Assembly (NCBI GenBank): GCA_963796965.1
Contig: CAWCNS010000009.1
Span: forward strand, 480,001-544,000
Direction: 5' to 3'
DNA from: Calditrichia bacterium
Lineage (GTDB): Bacteria > Calditrichota > Calditrichia > JAJRVZ01
Length of the DNA: 64,000 bases
Positions 12,237 to 25,798 of this stretch are shown here, piece after piece. Below the pieces are notes generated by a model that worked only from the letters and a program-made list of their open reading frames with translations, was not told where the DNA came from and did not search any database. Positions within the stretch are counted from its first letter, which is position 1. Each line of letters begins with the position of its first letter. Both the position numbers and the translations under genes were made by a program.

Positions 12237-14582
12237 TCACATTTGCGCCAGTTCCTTATTCCTGTAGGCTGAAAAACGGACACTTTCCCTATTACCCTCT
12301 TCATCCTGAATGGTTAATCGGTATGAACCCTGGTCCAGTGATACGGCAAGTTTGTGATCCTTCTGGGTCTCCCCGATAAGATTGCCGTTCAAATACCAAA
12401 ACAGATAGGAATCCTGTTGTTGATGCAGAGCTGAAAATACAATTTTTTCATATTGTCCGTCCAGATCACGGGGAACAAAAATCCGGATACCATTAACGGG
12501 ATAGACCAGTTGAATTTTTCCCTTTGCGTTCGCATGGCTGCAACCGGGCTGATGCTGCGGTATAGGATCAACCGCATAGCCGCCCTGCAGCATAATATTC
12601 TGGACCAATGGCGGAACGATATAGCGGGTTATCCATTCCCCTTGCGACATTCTCCCAACAGAGTGAACAGATCTCCTTTCCCGATTTGCTATCAACCAGG
12701 AAGCGGCGATGGAAGGGACAGCTGCCTGGTATATAAGCCTGTCGCGGTTTTTCGATCTCCTATGGTTTCGGGACAATAATCACCTGCCGGGAATCCACTC
12801 TTACTACAACACAGTATATAATCCAGATCATTCTCTGGCTTTTTAAACCACATCTCATCTTCACGTTCGGTGAGGGTGTTAAACAGCGAGAAAAGCAGGG
12901 GCGCTGCAGATCTGGCTCCGCTGAGCACGGCATTACCATCCCCCTCAAAATTTCCTACCCATATGCCGATTGTCCATTGTTTATTTATCCCAATTGCCCA
13001 GGCATCCCGCTGACCGTAACTGGTACCTGTCTTCCATGCAACAGGAATATTTTCAGAGAACAAAGGATAATAATGTTCGATTCCCGGTCGTGAAAGATCC
13101 TTTAAGGTATTGATCACCAACCAGGCCGCCCCTTGGCTGTTCAACACCCTCTCCCGTTTCGATTCTATTCGTAGTGTTATTCTCCCTCCAATGCAAGGAT
13201 TGCATGGTTCCCATATGCGCTAATGACTGATACACTTGGACGAGTTCGAATAAAGAAGCTTCCGCACCTCCTAAAATCAGGGAAAGGCCATAATTATCGG
13301 CTGGTCTGAACAATCCCTGAAATCCTGCCATTTTCAAATAGTCATAAAAATCATGGATGCCATAGGTATTTAACAAACGAACAAAAGGGACATTTAATGA
13401 ACGGATTAACATTGTTTCCAATGGTACGAGACCAGTAAATTCTTTATCGGCATTTTGAGGTAAAAAGGTGCCATAGAAGGTAGGTACATCCTGTATGCGT
13501 GATTTCATTGTGAAAGGACCACGGTCGAGAATACAGGCCGTTAGAAAGGGTTTTAATAAACTCCCTGTGGAACGATAAGCCTGAACACCATCAACCTGCC
13601 CGGCGTTAATCGAATCCGAAAAGTTCTGTGATCCCATATAGGCACGTATTTTCCCGGTTTGATTTTCACTGACAAGGACAGAGATATTTCTGATTCCCTG
13701 ATGTGATAATGCATTAAAATGTAACTGCGTGGCACTTTCAACCTGTTTCTGAATCCCGGCATCTAACGATGTCACAATTTTCCGGGATTTAGGGTCTTTA
13801 CTCAGAACCCACCGTGTAAAATGAGGGGCCGTAAATGGTAACTTATGATTTTTGTCCGGAAGCCTTTCAAGTAAAGAAAGATGATACGTGCTTGAATCGA
13901 TGATACCCTTTTCAAGTAATTTCTTTAGTAAGCGATTCCGTTTAACCAATAGATGTGACCTGCCTCTTTGAAGATTGATCATAGAGGGATTGTTAGGGAT
14001 CACTGAAAAAAGGGCTGCCTCTGCCCAGGTTAATTCCTGAACCGGCTTACCATAATAATAATAAGAAGCCGCCTGGATACCGACCAGATTTCCACCCATC
14101 GGCACCCGGGTCGCATAAAGTCTCAAAACCTCTTCTTTACTATGATGAAGCGTGATCTTGATCGCCATCATACATTCGATCATTTTATTAAAATAGGTTC
14201 TGGCTTTAGGATCAGCCAAACGGGCGACCTGCATGGTGATCGTACTGGCGCCGCGAATACGCTCTCCGGAGAAAATGTTTGACCAGACAGCGGTTAGAAG
14301 AGCGAGGGGATCAACCCCGGGATGATGATAAAAACGTTTATCCTCATATTCCAATACCGATTGAATATATTTATCCGGGAGAGTTAAGTTATCTGTAGGA
14401 AATCGGTATTGTTGGTCCTCTGCTAATGTGGCCACGAGTAACCTGCCCGTGTGGTCCAAAACCAACCGGGAATATTTGTCCGGGAAAACCTCCCCGATCG
14501 GAATGATAAACCAGAGAAGCAATGCCAGTAAAACAGCAAAACCGAGACGCTGTAAATGTATGTTCAATTTGTATTGGATCAT
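12237..14582 (-). CDS. pbpC: Penicillin-binding protein 1C (frameshifted)
   Basis: EDKRFYHHPGVD, RGASTITMQ, GSLLKPF, SLN, KTGTSYGQRDAW; C-terminal domain FWYLNG; directly downstream of the A2M gene. Confidence 0.92.
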
Positions 14583-17500
14583 TATTTTACCCGGACGACA
14601 TCCCCTTTTATACGGGCATAAAATTCAGGTGAATACATCGGTTCTACAACCACGGGCGGCATCGTATATTCTCCTGAAAATGTTGGATTGATCTTCGTCC
14701 CCAGCACTATTTTTTGTTTACTGTTCAAATCAAAAAACCAGTTGATCCTGTCATCACGAATATCCATATAACTGCCCATCGTTAAACGCAATTTGCGCAC
14801 CCAGGGTGGCAAAGGATCGCTTCCAAGACGTGTATTGATAATCTCCCAACCGGCTGGAAAAACGCTACTTAAGGCCAGCTCTTTCATCGGAGAGGCATAG
14901 GTAGAAGTAACCGTATAGATCACCCAAAATGGTTTTGCCTGTATGCTTTCCGAAACGGTGATCGGTTGCCCCTCTTCATTATAAAAATTACGTTGCAGCG
15001 AAAGACCAAATGATTCTGACTTAATCCGATCGTCAAGGGGTATTCCTTCTCTCAACAGAGTAACATAAAGTGGATTTCCACTCTCATTGGTGATATGAAT
15101 CTCCTTATCCCACATATCATCCAGGGCGATTATTGATTGATAACTTGATAGGGTTGCTGTCTTTTCCTCATCCTTATCCAATTTGATTTTATAGGTAACC
15201 GCACCACCTGGAAAAGGAAATTGATCATAATAGGTTCCTATACATAAAAGTGTCATTGCTGTTTCCTGTGTAGAATACCAGCGTCCGGCTGAATAAGATT
15301 TATAAATGTCACGCAGGAGTTTGGCCGCAGTAGCCTGATCTTCCATTTTAAGTTTAAGGTAGGCAATCAAAGATCGATCACGCAAAGCAGAACCATACGT
15401 TCGGCTTTGCTCACGGTAATCTGTAATCTCGGTGGTTGAATGACTTTCTATTTCAGCCGCTTCTTTTTTCTGTCCATTTAAAAAGTAGGAAGCGGCAAGA
15501 AAGTGTTTAGAGAGAGGATCTAACCTCGGGAGATAGTCTTCTCTAAGCAAATTCATTGTACCAATTTGTGCTTCACCGCTCAGGGCCAGGACAAACAACC
15601 GATAAGCCTGGTAGCGGTGATCCGTTTTATTGATATCTTTCGCCCTGTCTTTTGCATCATCCAACCAGTGCTGGTATAATGCTTCAGGTACATGATACCC
15701 CCTCGCTCTGGCCTCAACAAGAAAATGGCCGGCATAGGTGCTCCCCCAATCAGAATATTTTTCGCGGACAAAGGTTGAAGCAGGCCAGAAAGAAAAACCC
15801 TGGCCTGTCATAAAATTAGAAAGACGCTTTATTGTTGCGTTTATATGATCCGTCACCGCCTTTTTCTGATGTTCCCGAAGATCTGTTAACTGGTTTAAAA
15901 ATAATTGCGGGAAAGCCGACGATACCGTTTGCTCAATACAGCCATAGGGATAGCGTAACAGGTAGGCATAGCGTTTATCTAATTGAATATCCGGCATCCG
16001 GGAAAGGGCAATCTTCGCCTTATTGGTTCCTGCCAATCCGAATTTCCTGGGAATTAATGTGATCGCTTTGTTGGGTTGAATAATCGTGTCCTGTACTTCT
16101 GTAAAAAACGGATTTGCACTGACAATAGGTAATTGTACATTATAATCAGCGGTATTCGATCCAGAGACCCCCTTGATAGTTATATCAGCAGTTCCAATTG
16201 CGTCTCCCGCTTTTAGCATAAATTTTATATCTGATTCACCTGGTTTGGTAAATGTAACCGTCTTTGACACGGGTCCCGTTACAGATAAGTTAGATGAAAT
16301 CTCAAGCGTAATTTTCGCTTCTTTCACAGTTTCGTCGAGTGCGAAGACAGAAACCGGCAGGGCAAAATCATCTCCCGGGCGTACCAGCCGGGGAACCGTT
16401 GGAAGTAGCGTCAACGGCTGTTTAACCGGTATGGTTTCCTCAAGCGAGATATAGTGATGCCCGGCTGTACCAATGACCATAACCCGGACGGCGCCTACAT
16501 AATTGGGCATGGTGAAAGCCGTCGTTACGGTCTCACCAGGACCAATCTGTATTGGCTCCTGGAAGATAACAGCCGGTTTAAACCGCCTGGTTTTACTCTG
16601 ATCCAGGCGTTTTTTTCTTGCATCTGCCATCATCCCACCACCAATAGAAAAATATTTATCAATATCGGGATACAACAATCCAAGGATCTCATCATAATTA
16701 TCCATGGTGGTTACACCCAAACGGATTTTTTCAAAGAAGTAATTCCAGGGATCAGGTGTTTCAAAACCGGTTATATCTAACAAACCCTCATCAACAATCG
16801 CTATGGTACAGGATGCAGGCAGGAGTGCGCGGGAAGAGATCTGTACAGAAAATTTTTCTTTCGGTTTTAGTTCCGATGGTAATTCCATTGTTAACGGTAA
16901 TCGTGTATTCTTGTCCTCCACATACAATGTTTTTATGCCATAAAGTCTCATCGGCACATCATTGGTATTCTGATTATGAGGCTGAATCATTGAAATCGAC
17001 GCATAGCAGTTTGGCAGCATCTCTTTATTTAGATTAACCGTAAATGTGGTTTGTCCGGGGCTTACATTTTTCCAGTTTGTGGATATAATCCGGCTGCCTT
17101 GTTCAACTGTCAATAGCGCCATACCGGCCTGTGGTGACTCAAAACTGAGTTTGGCCTGATCTCCGATGTTATAGACATTTTTATCAGAGGTAATTTGCAA
17201 ATAATTTAGTTTTCTTTCTTCGGCCGGTAGTTGTCCCCAGCCTGAGACATAAAAAAATATGCCGGATCTATGCCCACTATCCAGGTCCGTAACTTCAATA
17301 TAATGCCGGCCATAGTCATCCACAGACATGGTGTGTAGAAGAGGTTCTCCACCAGATAAATAGTTATGTTTTTCGACCAGGTAGGTACTTTCCATCATGC
17401 GAAAATCACGTTGCTCGCGGCGATCATAATCCCACCACCAATGATCCCGGTTTACATACACGGCCACCTGCAAACGATGATTACTTACCGGCTTACCCTT

Positions 17501-20082
17501 GGTATCAACAACCACAATCGGTACCTGGTATTTTTCTCCTAATTTAACAGACCGTGATTTGAAAATATTTTTTATCCCGGCTTGTGCCACATGCGGGTAA
17601 ATCTTAATTATCTCAGAGTGAGAGGTAAAACTACCCCCCTTTTCATAAACCCTCGTCGTAATTCGCGCATTAAGCGGATGGGATGTCTGTGACAAATCAG
17701 GCAGATTATAGTTGATTCGCACTTTCCCATTCTCATTCAATTTCCCCTTAAATACATTTAATTGACGCTCCTGAAATTTTAGAAGGGGAGAGGAAAAAAT
17801 ATAATCTTCATATTTTGGAGGGATCGAATGATGCTTTTGATAGTTGGGCCTTTACAACCGTTTCTAATTTTGAAGCAGGGGCACCAAATAAATATTTGGA
17901 CGTGATGGTTCCATCTATCTTAAGATACGGGGGCATTACCTTTTCCGGAAGATCTGTATCGATTTTCAGGCGAAATGGTTTAATCGTTTCGATTCTCAAT
18001 ACCCGGGTAAATGTTTGATCTCCTATAGATAGGTGGGCAACCCAATTCCCGGTAGGATCAGTTAATTCAGTTGATATAGGAAAATAGACATGCCCATTCG
18101 AATCCACATGGTTTTCGGTCATTATGAACCACCTGCCCCTGAGGGTTTTGAATCTTAAGAAGAACGGGTTGTTTTTCTGGTGGGATCCTATTATTGACGC
18201 GTACAATGGCCGATAAATGGATCATATCACCGGGACGGTGAACACCACGATCGGTGTAAATAAACAGGTCCGTATTTTTGGTGTTTAACGATCGGCCCCC
18301 AACATCAAAATTGTTCAGCATCCATGAGCGGTGGTCCAGTTTGATCAATGCGATCCCGGAAGCATTATTTCCCAGTATATAATCGCCATTTTTTTCAAAA
18401 TGAATATAACCTGCTGCATCCGTTGTTTTCGTTTCGAGCAACTTATTTTGACGGGAATGTAAATTTAAGGTTAAACTGGTAACCGGTTGGGCATTAAGAA
18501 TATCAACAGCAAAGACATGAACACCATTAATCGTTTTTTTTGCCGTGAGCCCAATATTAGAAGATATCAATAACTTGTTTTTCTTACCATTCCGATAATA
18601 ATAACCCGCTTTTGCAGGATTATCATAATAATTCTCATCCGGAAAATACAAGGTGTTTTCACCGCTTTCATCCTGATTATTTACACAGCGACCGGTTAAA
18701 TCGCTTGATTCAAAACGAAGCGAGACGACAAATGCAGAATTTTTTTTATCTTTAAAAATCGGATCTAATTCTAACTCTGTTTTGATCCATTTGTTTTTTT
18801 CGGATGTTATAGAAAGAGATTTGGAATATATTTCTTCTCCTACCCGGGATAAGTCCGAATAATCATAGGCATAATAATAACGATTACGCTCTGCTTCCAC
18901 ATCCGGATCTGTCAGAACATTGTGCTGAAGAAAAAATCCAATATTCTGCGGAAAGATCTCCGTTATTTCCAGCGTCGCCCTGGCTATATTGACAGATTTA
19001 AACTGAAGTTTGAATTTATTATTTGATGGAAGATAAATTCCCCGGGAAAGCCATTTAATTTCTGGTTTGATATTATTAATAAAAAATACTTCCTTATAAT
19101 CATTTTCCATTTGATTATTGAAAATACTGGGGAAACCGCGTGAAATGGAAATCGTATAGGACTGAGCAGGTATAAAGTCAGCCTCGATTAATATATATTT
19201 ATCCTTTATTCGTAATTTGTAATCTAAAGAGGGCGTAATACGAATATAGCCGCTTAAATCCGTTTGTTTTTTTATCGGTTCACTCAAGCGGAAGCCATAG
19301 ATTGATTGAGGGGAATCCGGATCTGTCATATCCATATGGGCCAGCACACGAAAGACATCAATACCGGGTAAAAATATTTCTTCTTCCCAACTCTTATTAC
19401 CCGCCGTATAGGCAGAAGGTAACTGAACCTTAAAACTCTGCCCTGCTTTTTTTCGGTTAATTGTTTCTGAGGTAATCTCTATCTGATTTTGTTTTTCAGA
19501 TTGTTTAAGATCGATATCTATTTTTTTACCTGGTCCTTCAATGACCAGATCATCCTTAATTTTATCAAGGTTTGCGGGTTGGGCCAATGTAAGCGTACCT
19601 TTATACATCACGGCATTTTTAACGTCAGATACGGGGACAAAATCACCCTGTAACGAAAGGACTTCCTGTTCTGCTACTTTGAAATTAAATAAAAAATCGT
19701 CAACGTTTTTTTGTCCGCCCAGGAGTATTTTCCCATGCAAAGTTGCCTGAACCTGTATCCCGGGAGACAATATATGGCCGGGTACAAACTCTAGTACCTT
19801 GTTGGATTTCCAACGGGCATAACCCTCAATTTCCGGCTCAAAAGTGAATGGATTTTCATCAAGGGTATTTTCACTCAGGTGGGCGGGGACAACGGGATCA
19901 CGGAATACAAGTTCAATTGTCGATTTGGCCGATATGATTTTCGGCGGTGTCTGGACAATCAAATCATTCAAAACCAGCTTCTCTGCCAACTGTTGTTTAA
20001 CCGTTTCAAAAGATTTTTCTTCATCTTTTTTTGCACAAGAAAAAAACACAAAAATGACACATACCAGAGCTAACTTTCTCAT
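14582..20082 (-). CDS. Bacterial alpha-2-macroglobulin family lipoprotein (YfhM-like; frameshifted ORFs 18067, 17808, 14582)
   Basis: Lipobox FFSC; YTDRGVHRPG; thioester motif YPYGCIEQ; canonical linkage to pbpC. Confidence 0.92.
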
Positions 20083-20112
20083 TTGAGGTTTCCTCTGTTT
20101 AAAGGTTTATAT

Positions 20113-21581
20113 TCACAGCCGGAGACGAGTTGACTGTTTTGTGAAAAACCCTTCCGGACGGGCAGATAAGCGCTTGATAAGTTTATTTCGCCACTTGGTT
20201 GTGAGTTCTTTAAAATCTACCTGGTTTGAAAGATCATTTTCCTCCTTAATATCCTTATCCAAATCAAAGAGATGTTCCGCTCCATCCAACGGACGCCAGA
20301 TATATTTGTACTGTCCATCCGTCAAAGCATGAAAGGCCTGTTCTTTGCTGTAACACGTGGCATGTTCAAAATGTAAATAATCCCGGATATGCTGTTCCTC
20401 CCCTTTTAAAGTCTGGGTGAGATCAACACCATCTACTACTTTTGGAATCTCTACGCCAGCCAATCCCAGCAGGGTAGGCATAATGTCTTCCAGACAAACA
20501 GGTTCGTTGATCCGTTGTCCGGACTTAAATCCTAACCCGGAGGAGGCCGAAAAAATAAAAGGAATATTTGCCGAGCCCTCAAAGGGTTCACATTTGCGGA
20601 AATAGCCATGATCCCCCATCATCTCACCATGATCGGAGGTAAACGACTACCACCCACTCCCGGCCGGCTTTTTCACTACGGGTTTTAAAATCTTTAATTA
20701 ACCCGGCTATCTGCGCATCCAGATGTTCGATGAGGCCAAAATATCCGGCCTGAGCATTTCGTAACTTATCGCCTTGCAGAATAATCCTATGTCCGGGTTC
20801 GTCTCCCTCAGTAGAAAGCGCCTGCCAATTGACCCAATCTCCTTTCGCAGGTTCGGGAAGATCTTGTTGTAGATAATAATCAAAATATTTTTTGGGTGGA
20901 AATAAGGGTGGATGAGGTGCATAATAATGAGGTAGTTAAAAATAGAGGCTTTTTTCCATCATCTTGATCGAGGATCTTATGTGATTCATTTACAATCCAC
21001 GCGGTGGGATGAAGATCGTCAGCCAGCGGCCAGGATGTGGCTTGCCAATGGTTAAAAGTCAACCCGGCATCTTTAATTAATTGTCGAAGACTCTGAATTT
21101 GTGGCGCCGATTTTTTTAGAAATCGATCATAATCATCATCTTCTCTATAGGTAGAGCCTAATATCCTTTTCTCATAACCCAAATCACCACTCTCCTCGGG
21201 TTGATGCATATTTCTGCCAACCAGAACTGTCGAGTATCCGGCATCAGCCAATTTTTGCGGCAAAGTGTGGGGGTTGATAATGGTTTTCTCCTTATATCCA
21301 ACCACACCGCTGGTTTGTGGATATAACCCGGTTAGCAATGCATAACGTGGCGGGAATACAGGAAGGTACAGTGGTATAGGCCCGCCGGAAAAGTACCCCC
21401 TGCCGGGCCAGTTCATCAATTGGGGGGTTCTGACTACCGGATGGTTAAGAATGGACAGACAATCCCCACGCATCTGATCAGGCATGATTAATAAGATATC
21501 CGGCTGCGATTGATCATTGCTGCCGACACACGAAAATATAGAAATCATAATTATGGATAATAATAGAACATATTTTTTCAT
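20113..21581 (-). CDS. Cys-type sulfatase, probable lipoprotein (frameshifted)
   Basis: PDILLIMPDQMR; C-I-P-A-R-YALLTG across a frameshift; TSDHGEMMGDH; LFDL..D..E. Confidence 0.85.
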
Positions 21582-21703
21582 GGCAAGCCCTCCCAGGGTA
21601 TGATTTGAAATATAAGGATTTTGGGATAATTAAGTAAAAAGGAAAAGGGTAAAAGTAAAAAGAAATTCGTAATTGGTGACTGGGTTCTGGGCGCTGTATA
21701 AAG

Positions 21704-21780
21704 AGATGTGGGATACCAGATATGGGATTTGTGATACGAGATGCGGGATATGAGATTGCGTATTGGGAATTAGGGATTTG
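21704..21780 (-). repeat. 7-nt tandem array, G-rich on +
   Basis: gagatgt gggatac cagatat gggattt gtgatac gagatgc gggatat ... Confidence 0.85.
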
Positions 21781-21863
21781 CTAAATCATGGATGATTTAG
21801 TCCCGATGTGCCCTGCGGAGGAGGGCTCTTTAATCGGGAGGAATTCGGCACCATATATCGATT

Positions 21864-21905
21864 AGCAAAATCTATTCCCCCTTTGAAAGGGGGTTAGGGG
21901 GATGT
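21864..21905 (+). repeat. CCCCCTTTGAAAGGGGG-type palindromic repeat
   Basis: agcaaaatctattccccctttgaaagggggttagggggatgt; near-identical copy at 25717-25758. Confidence 0.85.
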
Positions 21906-22163
21906 AAAAAAATAACTTCGAGCAAATAACATCCCTGACAGATACAGAGGATTCATCTTAATTACTCAAGGTCCTTCCCGTCAGGTCCACCTAAGATTAG
22001 AATCGACGGGAACATTTTCAAAAATTTTTGTGTTTTCAATCCTTAGTGACTATTATTAAAAAAGTGCTCTTTCTCTGATGATTATAAGGCAACGTCTACT
22101 CAACTTCTTTTGTCACATTATCTTATTCAATTCGATAAATTTTCAATTTTTAAAGGGATTACC

Positions 22164-23049
22164 ATGACGCAACCCAAAAACTCACACGTAAATAATGCCA
22201 ATCTAAGCAATGAAAACATTAACTTTTATCAGGATCAGGGTTACCTAATTGCAACTCAGTTATTAACATCTGTAGAAATAGAAAATCTTCACCGGGAAAC
22301 TTTAGAAATCTTCAGAGGTAACCGGGGTGAAATTGAAGGTATCTTAAAACTTGCAGAGAATACGACGGAAGAGGAGGTCCTTAAAAGTTATATAGCCATC
22401 CACTTTCCTCATAAAATATCAGACGTAATTTTAAACTATGTCAAACATGTAAAAATCGCTAATATTCTAGGTGAAATCATAAGTCCCAATGTTAAATGTA
22501 TGCAAAGCATGCTCTTTGTTAAAGCGCCGGGCAAACGCGGGACAATCATGGCATCAGGATGAATATTACATTCCCACCCGGGATCGCTCACTTACCGGCG
22601 TATGGATTGCCCTGGATGATGCAAAGATTGAAAATGGCTGTCTCTGGGTAATCCCCGGATCTCAAAAAGAAGGCTATATTCGTAAAAGAATCCCAAATAA
22701 AAATGATGCGTATGCCGATCCCCAGACCTGTGACCTTACCCCCTACAGGGATGAGAAAGATGCAATCCCTGTCGAAGTGAATAAAGGAGATGTCGTTTTT
22801 TTTAACGGCTATTTACTGCATAGTTCATTAAAAAACAAAACTCATAACCACTTTCGACGCGCATTGGTAAGTCACTATATGAGTGCTGAATCGTTATTAC
22901 CCTGGGATTGGGATGGCAACCTTACATTAAAAGAGGATATGCGCGATATCGTTATGGTTGCCGGAGAGGATCCCTATCCGGAAAAAGGAATTGAGGATCT
23001 TACCCGCCCATTTCTGCGAGATAAGAGAAAGAGGGTGAAAAGGTCATGA
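22164..23049 (+). CDS. Phytanoyl-CoA dioxygenase (PhyH) family Fe(II)/2OG oxygenase (one frameshift)
   Basis: WHQDE (HxD), VWIALDD..IENGCL.VIPGS, LLH.S..N...R. Confidence 0.88.
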
Positions 23050-23073
23050 TTATACGAACGCAAACGGGGTAAC

Positions 23074-23142
23074 CGATACGGGATTCGTGATACGGGATAA
23101 AAGATATGAGATTTGCGATAGGCAATCCCTGATCTGGGATTG
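23074..23142 (-). repeat. 7-nt tandem array, G-rich on +
   Basis: cgatacg ggattcg tgatacg ggataaa agatatg ... Confidence 0.7.
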
Positions 23143-23229
23143 TGATGCTTGTCTTCCACGAATTTCACAAAATTGAACGCATTTTTTGAGAGAAATCATT
23201 ATACTCAATACCAGGCAAAATCTATTGCC

Positions 23230-23251
23230 GTGGCCGTTCGCGAACGGCCAC
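23230..23251. repeat. REP-like perfect palindrome
   Basis: gtggccgttcgcgaacggccac. Confidence 0.75.
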
Positions 23252-23290
23252 CGCTAAATAAAGTAACTATTATTAAAAGGAATCCTAATT

Positions 23291-25636
23291 TTGTCCCGTA
23301 AATATTTAATTATCCTCTTTTTTTGTGCTTTATTCACTCAAAATATCCATCACTTAATGCGGCCGATTCCACTTTACAAAAGCGCCAGGATTATCTATCT
23401 CAATTATTAGAAATGGTCCCGGAGAATCCAATCAATCCAAGTATTGCCACACCCCTTGATAAAAATTGGCGGGCCTGGCTTAAAAGAACCGGCGAGTTAC
23501 CCCCTGATTTTGGTTCAATGCCCTCCCTGCCCTTTTTACCAGATCCTCTTGTTCTGGATGAAGGTGGAAAAAACATCCCCATCACCACTCATGCGCAGTG
23601 GAAAAATAAAAAGGAGTGGATCAGAGAGCAAATTAAACACTGGTTCAGCGGTACGTTTCCTCCTGCGCCCGATCATATCGATATCAGGGTATTAGAAGAA
23701 AAACGAGAGGGCAGGGTTATCCTCCGCAAAGTTGAATTGCGCTTTGGGCCCGATAATAAGGCTAAATTAAACATTGAATTAATGATCCCACCCGGAAAAG
23801 GTCCCTTCCCTGTATTTATGACCCAGTGGAACCACCGCGGTTGGGCAATGATTGCTGTTCAAAGAGGGTATATCGGTTGTGTCTATGCTGGTGCTGACGC
23901 GAAGGATGATACACAGGCTTACGGAGACATATGGTACCCAGAATATGATTTTACGATGTTAATGCGCCGGGCCTGGGGATCATTCCGTGCTCTGGATTAT
24001 CTACATACACTGGATTATCGTCGATACAAATAAAATTGCTATCACCGGACATTCCCGCAACGGCAAACAATCCCTAATGGCGGCTGCTTTTGATGAACGC
24101 ATCAAAGCCGTCATATCAAGTAGCGGCGGCACCGGGGCAGAAATTCCTTACCGTTTTATCTGTGATAAATATGATGCGGAATCGATATTAAGAATGATGG
24201 ATGGTTTTCCTCAATGGCTTCACCCACGGATGCGATTTTTTATCGGCCGGGAGCATAAGTTACCTATTGATCAGAATCTGATGATGGCTCTTGTTGCTCC
24301 AAGAGGATTGATGCTCAGTTCAGCCATCAGTGAAGGGGCCGGCAATCCATTAGGTATCGAACAGGGTTATAATTCTGCAAAAAAAGTCTATCGCTTTTTA
24401 AATGGAGAAAAAAATATTGCTGTAAGATTACGTCATGGTCGCCATGGTACGGCGGCCAGGGATATTGAAGACTATATTGACTTTTTTGATTATGTATTTG
24501 GCCGATCGGAGCGGGAACCGGAGAATCATCTTTTTTATAATTATTCCTTTGATAACTGGCAAGATTTGAGCCGGGAGACTCTCAATCCCCTCGATTATAA
24601 GGTCCACATACCAGGTGATTTTCTAAAATCGGAGAAGGGACAACAATTAACTTCCAAAAAAGAATGGGCAGATCGGAGGAATCAAATTGTTCAGCATATC
24701 CCCTGGGTATTAGGAGAAGCACCACCTGGTATTATAAATCCCGGTCCGGTAAAATTATCCAATGCGCGTAAAATAGATGACTATCTCAGAGACGTTATAT
24801 TACGCCCCGGTAAATCTGAAAAGGTCGGGCAAATCGTTGTCGGCCCCTATCATTCTTTTGGCGACTATCTCTACGGAAATCTATTTTTCCCCATTACTCC
24901 TGATGGGAAACCAACTAAAAATAAAGTCCCTGTTGTCATTTTTTTGCATGAATATGATTATACCACTGGTTTTGGCAGACGCATTCTGCCCTTTTTTGAG
25001 AAAATAGTAGAAAAGGGATTTGCTGTGTTTTCCTATGACATGCTCGGCTTCGGAACCCGGATCCAGGAGGGAACCGCCTTTTACCAGCGGTATCCACATT
25101 GGTCAAAGATGGGAAAAATGGTAAGGGATCTTAAAGGTGCTGTCGATGCAATGGAAAATTTGGATATTGTGGATCCTAATCAGATTATCACGGTAGGCTA
25201 TACCCTGGGAGGGACTGTTGGGTTATTCGGGGCTGCGCTTGATACGAGAATATCTGCCCTGGCGACTATCTGCGGCTATACGCCCTTACGCACCGCCTCT
25301 CCGGATAAGGGGGTTGAAGGGATCCAGGCCTATTCCCATATACATGGGTTACTTCCCCGATTGGGATTCTTTGTTGAGCATGAAGATCGCCTACCTGTTG
25401 ACTTTCCTGAGATCATTGCCGCTAGTGCTCCCAGGCCACATCTAATCATTGCACCACAACTGGATCGCGATGCCATTTTTGATGATGTGCAAAAATCTAT
25501 CGAAAATATTAGTCAGGTATATTCACTGCATGATGCCAAATCTAATCTTACTTTTCAAGCTCCAATGGATTACAATCATTTTACAGAAGAGATGGAGGAG
25601 GAAGTTGTTCGCTGGCTTATTTCTCTTAGAAAATAA
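23291..25636 (+). CDS. Two-domain alpha/beta hydrolase: CE15 (glucuronoyl esterase)-like plus a second esterase-like domain (frameshifted)
   Basis: AWG..RALDYL, GHSRNGKQ, LPIDQN.MMALVAPR; second domain VGYTLGG and APRP; start uncertain. Confidence 0.75.
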
Positions 25637-25758
25637 CATCCCCTTTAGTCCCACTTTTCCGGGGCTGTTGCAGTTTAGAAAATTATAGTAGAATAATGTG
25701 TCTATCTGTCTGAGTAAGCAAAATCTATTCCCCCTTTTGAAGGGGGTTAGGGGGATGT
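25635..25758. repeat. Inverted doublet of the CCCCCTT..AAGGGGG repeat (REPIN-like)
   Basis: aacatcccctttagtcccacttttccgggg ... cccccttttgaagggggttagggggatgtt, between convergent genes. Confidence 0.75.
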
Positions 25759-25798
25759 TTTTACATAACTTATAAGGCGGAATTATATTATAATATGA

